Shown one piece after another: positions 15,939 through 26,816 of a stretch of DNA of 64,000 bases. The notes beneath the pieces are model-generated. The model was not told the DNA's origin. It saw only the letters and a program-made list of their open reading frames with translations, and made no database searches. Positions within the stretch are counted from its first letter, which is position 1, and each line of letters opens with the position of its first letter. This DNA is from an uncultured Kordiimonas sp. (GTDB taxonomy: Bacteria; Pseudomonadota; Alphaproteobacteria; Sphingomonadales; Kordiimonadaceae): contig CANMRM010000004.1 of NCBI GenBank assembly GCA_947500295.1, forward strand, positions 185,663 through 249,662, given 5' to 3'. A program made the position numbers and the translations under genes.

Positions 15939-17003
15939 ATGTTGCAGCTACTGGCAGAACAGGGTGGTCTGTTTAACCTGTTTTCCTACCTGACCTTTCG
16001 AACGGGCGGGGCCGTGATAACAGCATTGATAATCTGTTTTCTTACAGGCCCGAGGATAATTAACTGGTTGAAGACAAAGCAGAAAAAAGGCCAGCCTATT
16101 CGTGAAGACGGACCGCAAAGCCACATAGTGGCCAAAGCCGGAACCCCAACCATGGGCGGCTTCATGATTTTGCTGGCCTTATGCATATCCACGCTTTTGT
16201 GGTCTGATCTGCGTAACCCCTATGTGTGGGCTGTGCTCTTTGTCACCCTCAGTTTTGGGGCCATTGGATTTGTGGACGATTATCTCAAAGTGACCAAGGC
16301 GTCGTCGGCAGGTGTGCCGGGGCGGCTCAAATTTTTGATTGAAATGGCTATCGGGCTGGCTGTTGCATGGTGGTTGGCAGCGCTTGTGGAGCCCACACTG
16401 GCCCTGCCGTTTTTTAAAGCTCTCTTGATAAACCTCGGGTTATTTTATCTGCCTTTCGCCTGTCTGGTTATTGTTTGGGCTGGTAACGCCGTGAACTTGA
16501 CCGATGGCCTGGACGGCCTCGCAATTGTTCCGGTGATGATTGCAGCCGCCGCATTTGGATTGATTGCCTACCTTGTCGGCAACACGGTTTACACCGAGTA
16601 TCTCGGTATTGCTTATGTTGCCGGCGCCGGTGAACTTGCAGTGCTTTGCGGCGCCATTATCGGCGCTGGCCTCGGGTTTCTTTGGTTCAACGCTCCGCCT
16701 GCCATGGTATTCATGGGGGATACAGGGTCCCTCGCGCTCGGTGGTGCGATAGGGACCATTGCAGTTGTCACCAAACATGAAATTGTCCTGGGCATCATTG
16801 GCGGGCTGTTTTGGCTTGAAACCATTTCTGTAATCGTGCAGGTGCTATCGTTCAAACTGACGGGCAAGCGCGTTTTCAGAATGGCGCCCCTGCATCACCA
16901 CTATGAACAAAAAGGCTGGGCAGAACCCACGATCGTAATCCGTTTCTGGATTATTGCGGTTGTGCTGGCACTGGTTGGCTTGGCAACGTTGAAACTGAGG
17001 TAG
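15939..17003 (+). CDS. mraY: phospho-N-acetylmuramoyl-pentapeptide transferase
   Basis: Polytopic membrane protein with [13 protein letters not shown] and [11 protein letters not shown] motifs. Confidence 0.95.
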   Translation: MLQLLAEQGGLFNLFSYLTFRTGGAVITALIICFLTGPRIINWLKTKQKKGQPIREDGPQSHIVAKAGTPTMGGFMILLALCISTLLWSDLRNPYVWAVLFVTLSFGAIGFVDDYLKVTKASSAGVPGRLKFLIEMAIGLAVAWWLAALVEPTLALPFFKALLINLGLFYLPFACLVIVWAGNAVNLTDGLDGLAIVPVMIAAAAFGLIAYLVGNTVYTEYLGIAYVAGAGELAVLCGAIIGAGLGFLWFNAPPAMVFMGDTGSLALGGAIGTIAVVTKHEIVLGIIGGLFWLETISVIVQVLSFKLTGKRVFRMAPLHHHYEQKGWAEPTIVIRFWIIAVVLALVGLATLKLR

Positions 17004-17011
17004 CGCACAGC

Positions 17012-18364
17012 GTGATAACCGCACCAGCATATCAGGGACAATCGATCGGTGTATTTGGTCTGGCGCGCTCAGGGCTTGCAACCGTACATTCTCTTGTTGC
17101 GTCCGGCGCGACGGTGTTCGCCTGGGATGACAACATTGAAGCCCGCGAAAAAGTAAGTGCCTGCGCTCATGACCTTTACATCATGGACTTCGATCTTTTG
17201 GACGCGCTTGTGTTGGCTCCCGGCATTCCCCTGACCCATCCAGCGCCGCACCCCCTCGTGGTCAAAGCCCAGGCGGCAAATGTACCCATTATCAGCGACC
17301 TTGATGTATTTGAGGCAGCTCGTTCAACGTTGCCACAACACAAGTTGGTGGGCATCACGGGAACAAACGGCAAATCGACGACGACGGCGCTGGTAGGCCA
17401 CATTCTTGGTGAAGCGGGTCTCCCCGTCGCCATTGGCGGCAATATCGGAACGGGAGTTCTGGCGCTGGACCCCTTGCCGGAAGGTGGCGTTTACGTTCTT
17501 GAACTTTCGTCGTTTCAGCTGGATCTGTGCCAAAAACTCGCTTGTGACGTCGGTATCCTTTTGAATATCACACCTGATCATCTGGATCGACATGGCTCGA
17601 TGGACGCATATGTTGGTGCCAAGCAACGCCTGTTTTCCTTGCAGCCGCAGAGCGCCGTTCCCGTAGTCGGCATTGATGATGACTATTGTCGGTCGATCGC
17701 TCAACATTGCCCGTCTGTCGTTCCTGTGTCCGTAAAGTCGCAGGTAAGCGGCGGCGTTTCTGCTGAAAACGGGCTGCTGACTTATGAAACCGGGGGCGAG
17801 ATCAACACTATAGACATCCGTGCTTTGGCAAGCTTGAGAGGACAGCACAATTGGCAGAATGCAGCCGCGGCGTTTGCGGCCTGCAGGGCGTTGGGTATTG
17901 AACCAGCCACCATTGTCAAAGGGTTGGAGAGTTTTCCGGGGCTGGCCCATCGCCAAGAGCCGGTACCGTTTGATCCAGCCATAACGGTTGTGAACGATTC
18001 GAAGGCAACGAATGTGGATGCGGCTTCCAGGGCATTGAAAACATTTGATAACATTCGCTGGATTGCGGGCGGACGGTCCAAGGATAAAGACTTTTGCGGT
18101 CTTTCGGGCGCTCTGAAGTCTGTGCGTAAAGCCTACCTTATGGGCGAAGATGCTGAGGCGATTGCCTCCATCCTACCGCCTGCTATGCCTCGGGTGTTGC
18201 ATCCGACAATGCTTGACGCTCTTTCACAAGCTCTGGATGACGCTGAAACCGGAGACACTGTTCTTTTATCTCCAGCTTGCACCGCTTTTGACCAATATCG
18301 CGATTTTGAGCACAGAGGCGACGCTTTCAAGGCTGCAGTGGCCGCATATGGAGAGCATTCATGA
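17012..18364 (+). CDS. murD: UDP-N-acetylmuramoylalanine--D-glutamate ligase
   Basis: GITGTNGKSTT P-loop, Mur ligase middle and C-terminal domains. GTG start. Confidence 0.95.
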   Translation: MITAPAYQGQSIGVFGLARSGLATVHSLVASGATVFAWDDNIEAREKVSACAHDLYIMDFDLLDALVLAPGIPLTHPAPHPLVVKAQAANVPIISDLDVFEAARSTLPQHKLVGITGTNGKSTTTALVGHILGEAGLPVAIGGNIGTGVLALDPLPEGGVYVLELSSFQLDLCQKLACDVGILLNITPDHLDRHGSMDAYVGAKQRLFSLQPQSAVPVVGIDDDYCRSIAQHCPSVVPVSVKSQVSGGVSAENGLLTYETGGEINTIDIRALASLRGQHNWQNAAAAFAACRALGIEPATIVKGLESFPGLAHRQEPVPFDPAITVVNDSKATNVDAASRALKTFDNIRWIAGGRSKDKDFCGLSGALKSVRKAYLMGEDAEAIASILPPAMPRVLHPTMLDALSQALDDAETGDTVLLSPACTAFDQYRDFEHRGDAFKAAVAAYGEHS

Positions 18365-19512
18365 TTGCTTTTTCCCGCAATGATAACTCTCTCTTGTCCC
18401 GATGGTGGTGGACGGTTGATCGCTGGATGCTGGTTCTGATTCTTGCGCTGACGATGGTCGGTGTTTGGCTAACCTTGACAGCAAGTCCTGCTGTGGCCGA
18501 GCGTCTGGGTCTCGGGTCCCTGCATTTTGTGAAAAAACAGACGGTTTTCCTGACGCTTGGGCTGGGGATCGTTGTCGGCGTTTCCATGCTATCAACAGCG
18601 ACAATTCGCAGATTTGCGATCATCGGATTTCCCATATCCCTGGCGTTGCTTGTTCTCACGCTTTTCATCGGCCCGGAAATCAAAGGCGCAACACGCTGGT
18701 TGCCTCTGGGTATGTTTACCCTGCAGCCGAGCGAGTTCCTGAAACCATTTTTCATTGTCACCACGGCATGGGTCCTATCGGCACATTTTCGGGGTGAACA
18801 AATTCCGGCAAAACGAGTTGCCACCGGCCTGTATCTGCTCGTTGTGGTTTTTCTCATCATGCAGCCTGATTTTGGGCAGACAATACTTATTAGCGCGGTC
18901 TGGATATCCCAGATGGCACTTGCTGGATTGCCGCTTATGTGGCTGTCGCTGGCGGGCGTGGTTGCGATTATGGGACTTGGTCTTGGCTATGCCTTTCTGC
19001 CGCATGTCGCAAGCCGCATTGATCGCTTTGTCAATCCGGCAAGCGGTGACACGTTCCAGACGGACAAGGCGATGCAAGCCTTTGAGGCCGGCGGCATGCT
19101 GGGTAAGGGGCCTGGTGAAGGGGCCGTAAAACTTAACCTGCCTGATGCGCATACGGACTACATCTTTGCTGTTATTGGTGAAGAGTTTGGTGCTGTCGCC
19201 TGCATCATGTTGTTGATGCTGTTTGCCGGTGTTGTCATGCGCGGCCTGTCAAATCTGATCGAAGAAGAAAATCCTTTTCGGTTACTGGCTGCTGCTGGAT
19301 TGATCATCCAGTTTGGCCTGCAGACCCTGATCAATGTTGGTGTCAATTTGGCAATCCTGCCATCAAAGGGCATGACGCTGCCTTTTGTTTCCTATGGTGG
19401 TTCTTCAATGCTGGCGCTGGCGATCGGTATGGGCATGGTATTGGCGTTGACCCGCCGCAACCGCTTTATTCAGCCGGACCTTGATCCCCTCGGATGGAAG
19501 GCGGCTGAATGA
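18361..19512 (+). CDS. ftsW: SEDS-family peptidoglycan glycosyltransferase FtsW
   Basis: Polytopic membrane protein with PSEFLKP and GMTLPFVSYGGSS motifs. dcw position. Confidence 0.9.
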   Translation: MIAFSRNDNSLLSRWWWTVDRWMLVLILALTMVGVWLTLTASPAVAERLGLGSLHFVKKQTVFLTLGLGIVVGVSMLSTATIRRFAIIGFPISLALLVLTLFIGPEIKGATRWLPLGMFTLQPSEFLKPFFIVTTAWVLSAHFRGEQIPAKRVATGLYLLVVVFLIMQPDFGQTILISAVWISQMALAGLPLMWLSLAGVVAIMGLGLGYAFLPHVASRIDRFVNPASGDTFQTDKAMQAFEAGGMLGKGPGEGAVKLNLPDAHTDYIFAVIGEEFGAVACIMLLMLFAGVVMRGLSNLIEEENPFRLLAAAGLIIQFGLQTLINVGVNLAILPSKGMTLPFVSYGGSSMLALAIGMGMVLALTRRNRFIQPDLDPLGWKAAE

Positions 19513-20621
19513 TGTCCAATGCCCCTTATATCGTGCTCGCAAGCGGCGGTACCGGTGGCCATATGATGCCGGCGGAGGCAGTTGCCGACAGATTGATTGC
19601 AGCAGACTATGACGTCACGCTTTTGACTGACCGGCGCGGCGCCTCTATCGGCAATGTATTTCAGGACACCGATCGAGTGGTGCTGGAGACCAGCAGCCAC
19701 ATGGGCGGCGGTCTGTTCCAAAAACTCAAGTCGCTCTTCAGCGTTTTGCGCAGCACATTTGTGGTGCGCAGTAGGTTCAAAAAGAAGAAACCGACCGTTG
19801 TCGTCGGGTTTGGCGGCTACCCTTCCATGCCCGCCGTATTGGCCGCACGGTCGATGGGCATCCCCTATGTGTTGCATGAGCAAAATGCCGTTTTGGGACG
19901 GGTAAACCGCTGGATGGCGAAGAACAGCAGGTTGGTTGCGCTGAGTGTAGAGCAAACTGAAGGTGTGCCTCCAGGTGTTCATACAAGAGTAGTCGGCAAC
20001 CCGGTCAGGTCGCTCATAGCAAACCTTGCCAATATTGCTTATGCCGTACCTATGGGAGGCGGTGATATCCGGCTTTTTGTTTTGGGTGGCAGTCAGGGTG
20101 CTCGTGTGTTGTCTGATATTGTGCCCGCGGCTCTGGCGTCTCTTGACGACGGATTGCGGAGCCAACTGGTCGTAACGCACCAGGCTCGTTCAGAAGATGT
20201 TGACCGTGTAGTGGCCGCATACTCCCAAGCCGGGATTCGGGCTGAGGTTAAGCCTTATTTTGATGACGTTGCGGGCCAACTGCTCAAAACCCAATTGGTT
20301 ATATCGCGCGCGGGCGCATCGACGCTTGCTGAGCTCACAGCAATGGGCCGGCCGGCAGTGCTGGTTCCGCTCGCGATCGCTGCTGACAATCACCAGTATG
20401 CCAATGCATCGTTGGTCGGCAAAGCCGGTGGTGGCTGGGTGATAGAGGAAAAGGATTTCACAGTGGAACGCTTGTCCCAGTTGCTCATCGATCTGTTCGC
20501 TGACATGGGCGACCTCAGAACGGCCTCCGATCAGATGCGGCAACTGGCCCGTCTCGACGCTGCGGATTTGCTGGCGACTGAAGTGATCGACATAAGCGAC
20601 CGGTTGGAGAACGCGGCATGA
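19509..20621 (+). CDS. murG: UDP-N-acetylglucosamine--N-acetylmuramyl-(pentapeptide) pyrophosphoryl-undecaprenol GlcNAc transferase
   Basis: [11 protein letters not shown]-terminal motif and GASTLAEL C-terminal motif. Confidence 0.95.
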   Translation: MMSNAPYIVLASGGTGGHMMPAEAVADRLIAADYDVTLLTDRRGASIGNVFQDTDRVVLETSSHMGGGLFQKLKSLFSVLRSTFVVRSRFKKKKPTVVVGFGGYPSMPAVLAARSMGIPYVLHEQNAVLGRVNRWMAKNSRLVALSVEQTEGVPPGVHTRVVGNPVRSLIANLANIAYAVPMGGGDIRLFVLGGSQGARVLSDIVPAALASLDDGLRSQLVVTHQARSEDVDRVVAAYSQAGIRAEVKPYFDDVAGQLLKTQLVISRAGASTLAELTAMGRPAVLVPLAIAADNHQYANASLVGKAGGGWVIEEKDFTVERLSQLLIDLFADMGDLRTASDQMRQLARLDAADLLATEVIDISDRLENAA

Positions 20622-22036
20622 AGAGCGTACCTTTTGATATCGGCCTCGTTCATTTCACCGGTATTGGCGGCATTGGGATGTCCGGCATTGCAGAGGTGAT
20701 GCACAACCTCGGCTATGCCGTTCAGGGCTCGGACCTTAGCGAAAACGCCAATGTCAAAAGATTGCGTGAGCAGGGTATCGAGGTCATGATTGGCCAACGT
20801 GCCCAAAACCTTGAGCAGGCCAAGGTTGTTGTGGTTTCTTCAGCTATCCAGTCAGACAACCCGGAAGTAAAAGAAGCGAAAAGGCGCGCATTGCCGATTG
20901 TGCGCCGCGCTGAGATGCTGGCCGAGCTAATGCGGTTGAAATGGTGTATCTCCGTCGCTGGAACTCATGGAAAAACTACGACCACCTCAATGGTGGCAGC
21001 GGTTCTGGAAGCTGGAGGCATCGACCCAACGGTCATCAATGGCGGTATCATCAACAGCTATGGCACCAATGCCCGGCTTGGGGAAAGTGACTGGATGGTG
21101 GTTGAAGCGGACGAGAGCGATGGCACTTTCGTCAAACTTCCTGCAACCATTGCCATCGTTACCAACATGGATCCGGAGCACCTGGATTTTTATGGCACTT
21201 TCGACAATGAAAAAGAGGCCTTCAGGCAGTTTTTGGATCGGGTGCCTTTTTACGGTGCTGCCGTTTTATGTATTGATCACCCGGAAGTGCAAAGTCTGAT
21301 CAAATCGATCAGCGACCGCAAGTATGTGACCTATGGGCTTTCCGCTCAGGCGGATGTTCGGGCGATCAATATTTTGAGCAAAAAAGGTGCTACGACTTTC
21401 GATGTAGTTGTCAATGATCGCTTGACTGGCAGGACCAGCGAAATCAGGCAGGTGCAACTTCCGATGCCGGGCAACCACAATGTTCAAAATGCACTTGCCG
21501 CCATTGCAGCCGGCCTGGAAATGCGTATTGCGCCCGATGTACTCGCCAAGGCATTCAGGAATTTTGATGGTGTAAAAAGACGCTTTACCAAAACCGGAGA
21601 GGTTGGGGGTGTAACGATCATCGATGACTATGGTCATCACCCTGTGGAAATTGCTGCCGTTTTGAAAGCTGCCCGCGATGCATTTGACCATAAGGTCGTC
21701 GCTGTGGTGCAGCCGCACCGTTACTCCAGGCTGGAGAGCCTTTTTGAAGATTTTTGCACATGCTTCAACGACGCTGATGTTGTTCTTGTGTCTCCTGTTT
21801 ATGCGGCCGGTGAGCAGCCGATCGCAGGGGCGGACCAAGATGCCCTGGTTGAAGGGTTGAGAACCCATGGGCATCGGCAGGTCGATGTATTCTCCGGCCC
21901 CGAAGACCTCGCGCAGAAAGTTGGTCACTATGCCGCCGAAGGAGATGTAGTCGTTTGCCTCGGGGCCGGCACAATCTCAGCATGGGCCAATGCGTTGCCA
22001 GAGCAGTTGAAAAGCACTCAGGAGGGTGGACAATGA
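20618..22036 (+). CDS. murC: UDP-N-acetylmuramate--L-alanine ligase
   Basis: [16 protein letters not shown] and GTHGKTTTT motifs. 472 aa, with no Ddl fusion. Confidence 0.95.
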   Translation: MKSVPFDIGLVHFTGIGGIGMSGIAEVMHNLGYAVQGSDLSENANVKRLREQGIEVMIGQRAQNLEQAKVVVVSSAIQSDNPEVKEAKRRALPIVRRAEMLAELMRLKWCISVAGTHGKTTTTSMVAAVLEAGGIDPTVINGGIINSYGTNARLGESDWMVVEADESDGTFVKLPATIAIVTNMDPEHLDFYGTFDNEKEAFRQFLDRVPFYGAAVLCIDHPEVQSLIKSISDRKYVTYGLSAQADVRAINILSKKGATTFDVVVNDRLTGRTSEIRQVQLPMPGNHNVQNALAAIAAGLEMRIAPDVLAKAFRNFDGVKRRFTKTGEVGGVTIIDDYGHHPVEIAAVLKAARDAFDHKVVAVVQPHRYSRLESLFEDFCTCFNDADVVLVSPVYAAGEQPIAGADQDALVEGLRTHGHRQVDVFSGPEDLAQKVGHYAAEGDVVVCLGAGTISAWANALPEQLKSTQEGGQ

Positions 22037-22962
22037 CGCCGGAGCAAATTGCTGACCTCAAGGCGGCTCTGCCTCATGTCAAAGGTCGGTTGGTGGAAAA
22101 TGCCCCCATGGCGCGGCTGAGCTGGTTTAGAACCGGCGGCAATGCTGACTTGCTGTTTGAGCCGGCAGATGAAGATGATTTGCTGCACGTTCTCCGAAGA
22201 CTGCCAGCTGGCGTGCCTATTACTGTCATCGGGGTCGGGTCAAATCTCCTGGTCAGGGACGGTGGCATCGAAGGTATCGTTATCAGATTGGGGCGTGGGT
22301 TTGGGGAAATCTGTGCGCGAGGCAACATTGTTAGCGCCGGCGCGGGCGCCATGGATGTCCATGTGGCAAAGGCTGCAGCTCAAAACGGTCTGGCCGGCCT
22401 GGAATTTCTCGTCGGTGTGCCGGGAACAATCGGCGGTGCGGTTCGAATGAATGCAGGTGCTTACGGCCGCGAAATCAAGGACGTCCTCAAGCATGCTCAC
22501 GCGGTCGACCGGTTTGGCCACGTTGAGGAGTTAAAACCCGAGGATTTCCAGTTTTCATACCGACACGCTGCTCTTGCTGAAGATATGATCATCCTGAAAG
22601 CAGCTTTTGTTGCCGAGCAGGGAGACCCTGAAGAGATCAGAGCCCGTATGCAGGAGATTGCATCTGCGCGAGCGGAAAGCCAGCCTCTTGGAACCAGAAC
22701 CGGTGGCAGCACGTTCAAAAATCCGGAAGGGGGCCACGCCTGGGAACTGGTAGATGCGGCAGGCTGCAGAGGCCTGCGCGTCGGTGATGCAGAAGTCTCA
22801 GCGAAGCACTGCAATTTTCTTATCAATCACGGTGAAGCGTCCGCCGCTGACATAGAGGAACTTGGCGAAACGGTACGGTCGCGCGTGAAAGAGCACTGCG
22901 GTGTTGAACTCGAATGGGAAATAAGGCGTATCGGGCGGCACGCTGAAGGAGAGCAGGAATGA
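22033..22962 (+). CDS. murB: UDP-N-acetylenolpyruvoylglucosamine reductase
   Basis: FAD-binding [20 protein letters not shown] and GSTFKNP motifs. I place the start at the in-frame ATG forming an ATGA overlap with the murC stop, rather than at the longer ORF start 21955. Confidence 0.9.
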   Translation: MTPEQIADLKAALPHVKGRLVENAPMARLSWFRTGGNADLLFEPADEDDLLHVLRRLPAGVPITVIGVGSNLLVRDGGIEGIVIRLGRGFGEICARGNIVSAGAGAMDVHVAKAAAQNGLAGLEFLVGVPGTIGGAVRMNAGAYGREIKDVLKHAHAVDRFGHVEELKPEDFQFSYRHAALAEDMIILKAAFVAEQGDPEEIRARMQEIASARAESQPLGTRTGGSTFKNPEGGHAWELVDAAGCRGLRVGDAEVSAKHCNFLINHGEASAADIEELGETVRSRVKEHCGVELEWEIRRIGRHAEGEQE

Positions 22963-23738
22963 CAGCGATGCTTCGTCAAAACCTGATGAGTTTGAGTGTT
23001 TTTGCTGGTTTGGCAACGCTGTTGGTACTGAGTGTTGCACTGCAGCGGGAAGCGAGTAACTGGTTTGTTGAAACAAGCAGTGATGCGGGTTTTGTCCTCA
23101 ATGATATTGAACTGAACGGTTTGGTTCGTACGCGGGAAAAGGATGTTCAGGCGGTACTGGACATTGATAGTGGTATGCCGCTATTGGCAATTGACCTGAA
23201 AAACCTTCAAGCGCGTATTGAAGCCTTGCCGTGGATCAAGCAGGCTCAGATTAATCGGGTACTCCCTGGTACGCTTACCATCAATGTTTTTGAACGCGAG
23301 CCATATGCTCTTGCACAAACGAATGGGCAGGTGAAACTTATCGATCCCGAAGGTGTTCGGATTACGGATCGCGGGTTAGCCAGCTACACTGATTTGATTT
23401 TGATCGTTGGCGATACGTCGGTCGCTGATCTGCGTACGCTTGACAGGCTGAAGGCAACTGCGCCAGCGCTTGCGTCAAGAATTCAGTCTGCGGTGCGCGT
23501 CAATCAACGACGCTGGGACCTGATATTCAAAAACGGAATTCGGATCAAATTGCCATCGGTTGCTGAACAGCCCTATGGATTGGAGCAGGCCTGGGCACGG
23601 TTCGGGGATTTGAACCAGGCACACCAGCTTCTCGAACGAGAGATCAGTGTGATCGACATGCGATTGCCGGACCGTCTGGTTGTCCGGGTAACCCCATTGG
23701 GCAGGCGCAAGATGGCGGGCAAAGAGTGGACGCTGTGA
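22959..23738 (+). CDS. ftsQ: cell division protein FtsQ
   Basis: N-terminal TM segment followed by a POTRA-like region (IELNGLVRTREKDV). ATGA overlap with murB. Precedes ftsA. Confidence 0.85.
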   Translation: MTAMLRQNLMSLSVFAGLATLLVLSVALQREASNWFVETSSDAGFVLNDIELNGLVRTREKDVQAVLDIDSGMPLLAIDLKNLQARIEALPWIKQAQINRVLPGTLTINVFEREPYALAQTNGQVKLIDPEGVRITDRGLASYTDLILIVGDTSVADLRTLDRLKATAPALASRIQSAVRVNQRRWDLIFKNGIRIKLPSVAEQPYGLEQAWARFGDLNQAHQLLEREISVIDMRLPDRLVVRVTPLGRRKMAGKEWTL

Positions 23739-23784
23739 GTACAGAGAGCCAACATTTGGCAGTATTGAGTTGGATAACAATGCC

Positions 23785-25050
23785 ATGGCAGTGAATGGTC
23801 GACAGGAAAGAGTGGTGGCCGCACTTGATATCGGATCAAGCAAGGTGGCTTGCTTGATCGCACATGTCGCGGCAAATGGTCAGATCAAAGTCCTTGGCGT
23901 CGGCAACAGGGCTTGCAACGGCGGTGTTGCCAGTGGCGTTGTGGTCGACATGGATGCAACTGAGCGCGCCATTCGGGCGGCAGTTGATCAAGCCGAAAAA
24001 ATGGCTGGCCAAACGGTCAGTGATGTCATTCTGGCTTTTTCCGGCAGCGATCCGAAAAGTCAGGTTGTGGAAGTCTCTGTAGACGTTGCGGGGCATGCCG
24101 TAAGTGCCGAAGATCTAGACAATGCCTTGGCCCAAGCCAGGGAAAAGATACATGATGAGGACGGGGAGCTTCTGCATGTATTGCCCGCTGCCTATGCTGT
24201 TGATGGCAACTTTGGCGTCAAGATGCCAGTGGGCATGTACGGGAAAAAACTGACAGTCGCGCTGTTGGTGCTGACTGCGGACAGCGGACCGCTACAAAAC
24301 CTGCAAGCCTGTGTCAGGCGCGCACATCTGAATGTGATCAACATAGTGCATGGCCCCTTTGCAGCAGGCTTGTCCACATTGGTTGACGATGAAATGAAAA
24401 TGGGAGCAGCCTGTATTGATCTTGGTGCGGGAACGACGGGTGTTTCTGTGTTCGCACAAGGGTCACTGGTCCATGCTGAGTCGCTGCCGGTCGGTGGTGC
24501 GCAGGCGACCGAAGAAATAGCACGAACCCTGCTGACCCCTTTTGATCAGGCGGAACGGCTGAAAACATTTAATGGCGCAGCCATCGTAGACCCTGCGGAT
24601 GCCCGGCTTGAAATCGAGGTGCAGCAGGTGGGCGAAGCCGGTCGTGACAGTTACAGTCGCCAACCACGCAGCAATCTTACCAGTGTTATGCAAAAGGAGC
24701 TGGAGCTCCTGTTCGCTACGATTGCGAAGCGGCTCGACGCATCCGGTTTTTCAGGCGTGGCCGGAAAACGGGTGGTTTTGACGGGCGGGGGCGCCAGTTG
24801 TGAAGGCATTGCCGACCTGGCGGGCAAAATTCTTGGACGCAAAGTGCGGATTGGCAGACCGCAGCTGGTCGGCGGGCTGCCTCAAGCCGCACAATCTCCA
24901 GGCTTTGCGGGCCTTGTGGGTTTGTTGCTCTATGAAACACATCCGGAATTGCGAGATATGAAACCGTCAATTTCAGAAGAAGACGGTCAGGAAGAAACCA
25001 AACTGGGAACATTCAGCCGCATGACGCGCTGGTTAAGGGACAATTTCTAA
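23785..25050 (+). CDS. ftsA: cell division protein FtsA
   Basis: Actin-fold motifs LDIGSSKV and IDLGAGTTGVSVF. C-terminal amphipathic helix. Start is uncertain: ATG 23785 preferred over TTG 23770. Confidence 0.9.
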   Translation: MAVNGRQERVVAALDIGSSKVACLIAHVAANGQIKVLGVGNRACNGGVASGVVVDMDATERAIRAAVDQAEKMAGQTVSDVILAFSGSDPKSQVVEVSVDVAGHAVSAEDLDNALAQAREKIHDEDGELLHVLPAAYAVDGNFGVKMPVGMYGKKLTVALLVLTADSGPLQNLQACVRRAHLNVINIVHGPFAAGLSTLVDDEMKMGAACIDLGAGTTGVSVFAQGSLVHAESLPVGGAQATEEIARTLLTPFDQAERLKTFNGAAIVDPADARLEIEVQQVGEAGRDSYSRQPRSNLTSVMQKELELLFATIAKRLDASGFSGVAGKRVVLTGGGASCEGIADLAGKILGRKVRIGRPQLVGGLPQAAQSPGFAGLVGLLLYETHPELRDMKPSISEEDGQEETKLGTFSRMTRWLRDNF

Positions 25051-25125
25051 TGGTCTATATCGTGTTCTTTGCTGGCATCAGCACAAGATGTGCGATAAAA
25101 TGACTTGAAACGGAGGAACTGGGCA

Positions 25126-26757
25126 ATGTCTATCGATTTCGGGAACACCGAACTGACGGAACTGACACCACGCATCGCCGTGGTGGGTGTTGGGGGCGCA
25201 GGCTGCAACGCTGTGAACAATATGATTGCTGCGCAATTGCAGGGTGTTGACTTCATCGTTGCCAACACCGATGCGCAAGCGCTTACGAACGCGCGCGCAG
25301 ACAATAGAATTCAACTGGGTGTCGAGATCACTCAGGGGCTGGGCGCCGGGGCGCAGCCGAAAATTGGGGAAGCTGCAGCCGAAGAGGCTCTGGAGCGCAT
25401 CGATGAGATGCTTGCCGGATGCCACATGGCTTTTGTGACAGCCGGCATGGGGGGCGGAACCGGTACCGGTGCAGCACCTGTTATTGCCAGACGCGCCCGT
25501 GAAAAAGGTATTCTGACAGTTGGCGTGGTTACCAAGCCGTTCCAGTTTGAAGGCGGCCGCCGCATGAACATTGCGGAGAGCGGCATAAAGGAGCTTGCGG
25601 GTCACGTAGATACGCTGATCATAATCCCGAACCAAAATCTGTTCCGGGTTGCCAATGAGCGCACCACTTTTGCCGATGCGTTCAATATGGCGGACGAGGT
25701 TCTTCATTCAGGTGTCCGCGGTATCACCGACCTGATGGTTATGCCGGGGCTTATCAATCTGGACTTTGCTGACGTTCGCACGGTTATGTCTGAAATGGGC
25801 AAGGCGATGATGGGCACGGGTGAGGCTGAGGGCGAAAGCCGTGCAGCAGATGCCGCTGCGGCCGCGATTTCCAATCCGCTTCTGGAGGAAGCCTCCCTGA
25901 AGGGTGCCAAAGGCGTCATCATCAATGTAACGGGCGGCATGGACATGACCCTGTTCGAGGTTGATGAAGCAGTGAACATGGTGCGCGAGCAAGTTGACGC
26001 CGATGCGCTGATTGTTTTTGGGTCTGCCTTTAATCAGGATCTGGAAGGCAAGCTGCGCGTTTCAGTTGTGGCAACTGGCATTGAGGGCACTGGCGGTGCA
26101 GGCCTGCCAATTCCTGAGCCTGTTCGTGAAGTTGTTGAAGAGCAGCCTGAAACGTCTGAGGACGAAGTAGAATCTGTAATGTCTCTCGATGAACCGGCGG
26201 ACGCAGATACTCCTTCAGTGGAAGAAGCGCTTGGCGCGATCGAGTCAGAAATGACCGCTGAAGAGACCTCTACCGTTGATGATCTCGCTTTGCCGGAACT
26301 GGGTGACGACGAGAGCGACCAGTCTGAGGAGGTCCCGGAAATTGATGATCTGGAGAAACGTGCTCTGGAAACTCATGGCGAAGATTCTTTTGTTGCCGAA
26401 GCGCCGATGATGCCAAAAGAGTCGTTAGCGACACCGCATCAAGCTGCACCGGAGCAAGAAGTTGCCTATGCGTCTGAACCAAGTGCGCCAATGGACCAGA
26501 TTGAGGAGCCTGTCGCTGAGGAGGCGCCTCAGAAGAAAAGTCTCTTTCAGTTGATGACGTCTGGCTTGCGCAGCCAGGAACCTGATGACGCGGCCACTGT
26601 TGCGCCGCCACCGGCCAGTAATGATGCAGGACGTCAGGCAACTGAGTCTCAAGAGGCTGGCTCATTGGGTGGATTGTCTGCAGATGACCGTCCCGCGCCA
26701 AAACCGAATACGGAGCAGCTTGAAATTCCAAGTTTCCTGAGGCGTCAGCAGAATTAG
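25126..26757 (+). CDS. ftsZ: cell division GTPase FtsZ with long acidic linker
   Basis: [10 protein letters not shown] tubulin signature. Start ATG 25126 is preceded by GGAGGA. C-terminal conserved peptide [10 protein letters not shown]. Confidence 0.95.
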   Translation: MSIDFGNTELTELTPRIAVVGVGGAGCNAVNNMIAAQLQGVDFIVANTDAQALTNARADNRIQLGVEITQGLGAGAQPKIGEAAAEEALERIDEMLAGCHMAFVTAGMGGGTGTGAAPVIARRAREKGILTVGVVTKPFQFEGGRRMNIAESGIKELAGHVDTLIIIPNQNLFRVANERTTFADAFNMADEVLHSGVRGITDLMVMPGLINLDFADVRTVMSEMGKAMMGTGEAEGESRAADAAAAAISNPLLEEASLKGAKGVIINVTGGMDMTLFEVDEAVNMVREQVDADALIVFGSAFNQDLEGKLRVSVVATGIEGTGGAGLPIPEPVREVVEEQPETSEDEVESVMSLDEPADADTPSVEEALGAIESEMTAEETSTVDDLALPELGDDESDQSEEVPEIDDLEKRALETHGEDSFVAEAPMMPKESLATPHQAAPEQEVAYASEPSAPMDQIEEPVAEEAPQKKSLFQLMTSGLRSQEPDDAATVAPPPASNDAGRQATESQEAGSLGGLSADDRPAPKPNTEQLEIPSFLRRQQN

Positions 26758-26782
26758 GCTGGCAATATTGTGAAGAATTTTT

Positions 26783-26809
26783 GGCCGGGCAATGCCCGGC
26801 CTTCTTTTT
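26783..26809 (+). terminator. rho-independent terminator after ftsZ
   Basis: GGCCGGGC-aat-GCCCGGCC hairpin followed by TTCTTTTT. Confidence 0.6.
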
Positions 26810-26816
26810 GGACCGG

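Noticed and set aside
21955-22032. N-terminal extensions of the ORF-track models (murB from 21955, ftsZ from 25105, pgsA to 28177, M14 to 37164, M48 from 37499, glyS from 47401, methyltransferase from 43517, chorismate mutase from 45283, ygfZ to 53960, thiD from 62874, ftsH from 58421)
   Set aside because: In each case an internal start has a better SD and/or matches the family N-terminus. It also removes an overlap with the upstream gene or with a terminator.
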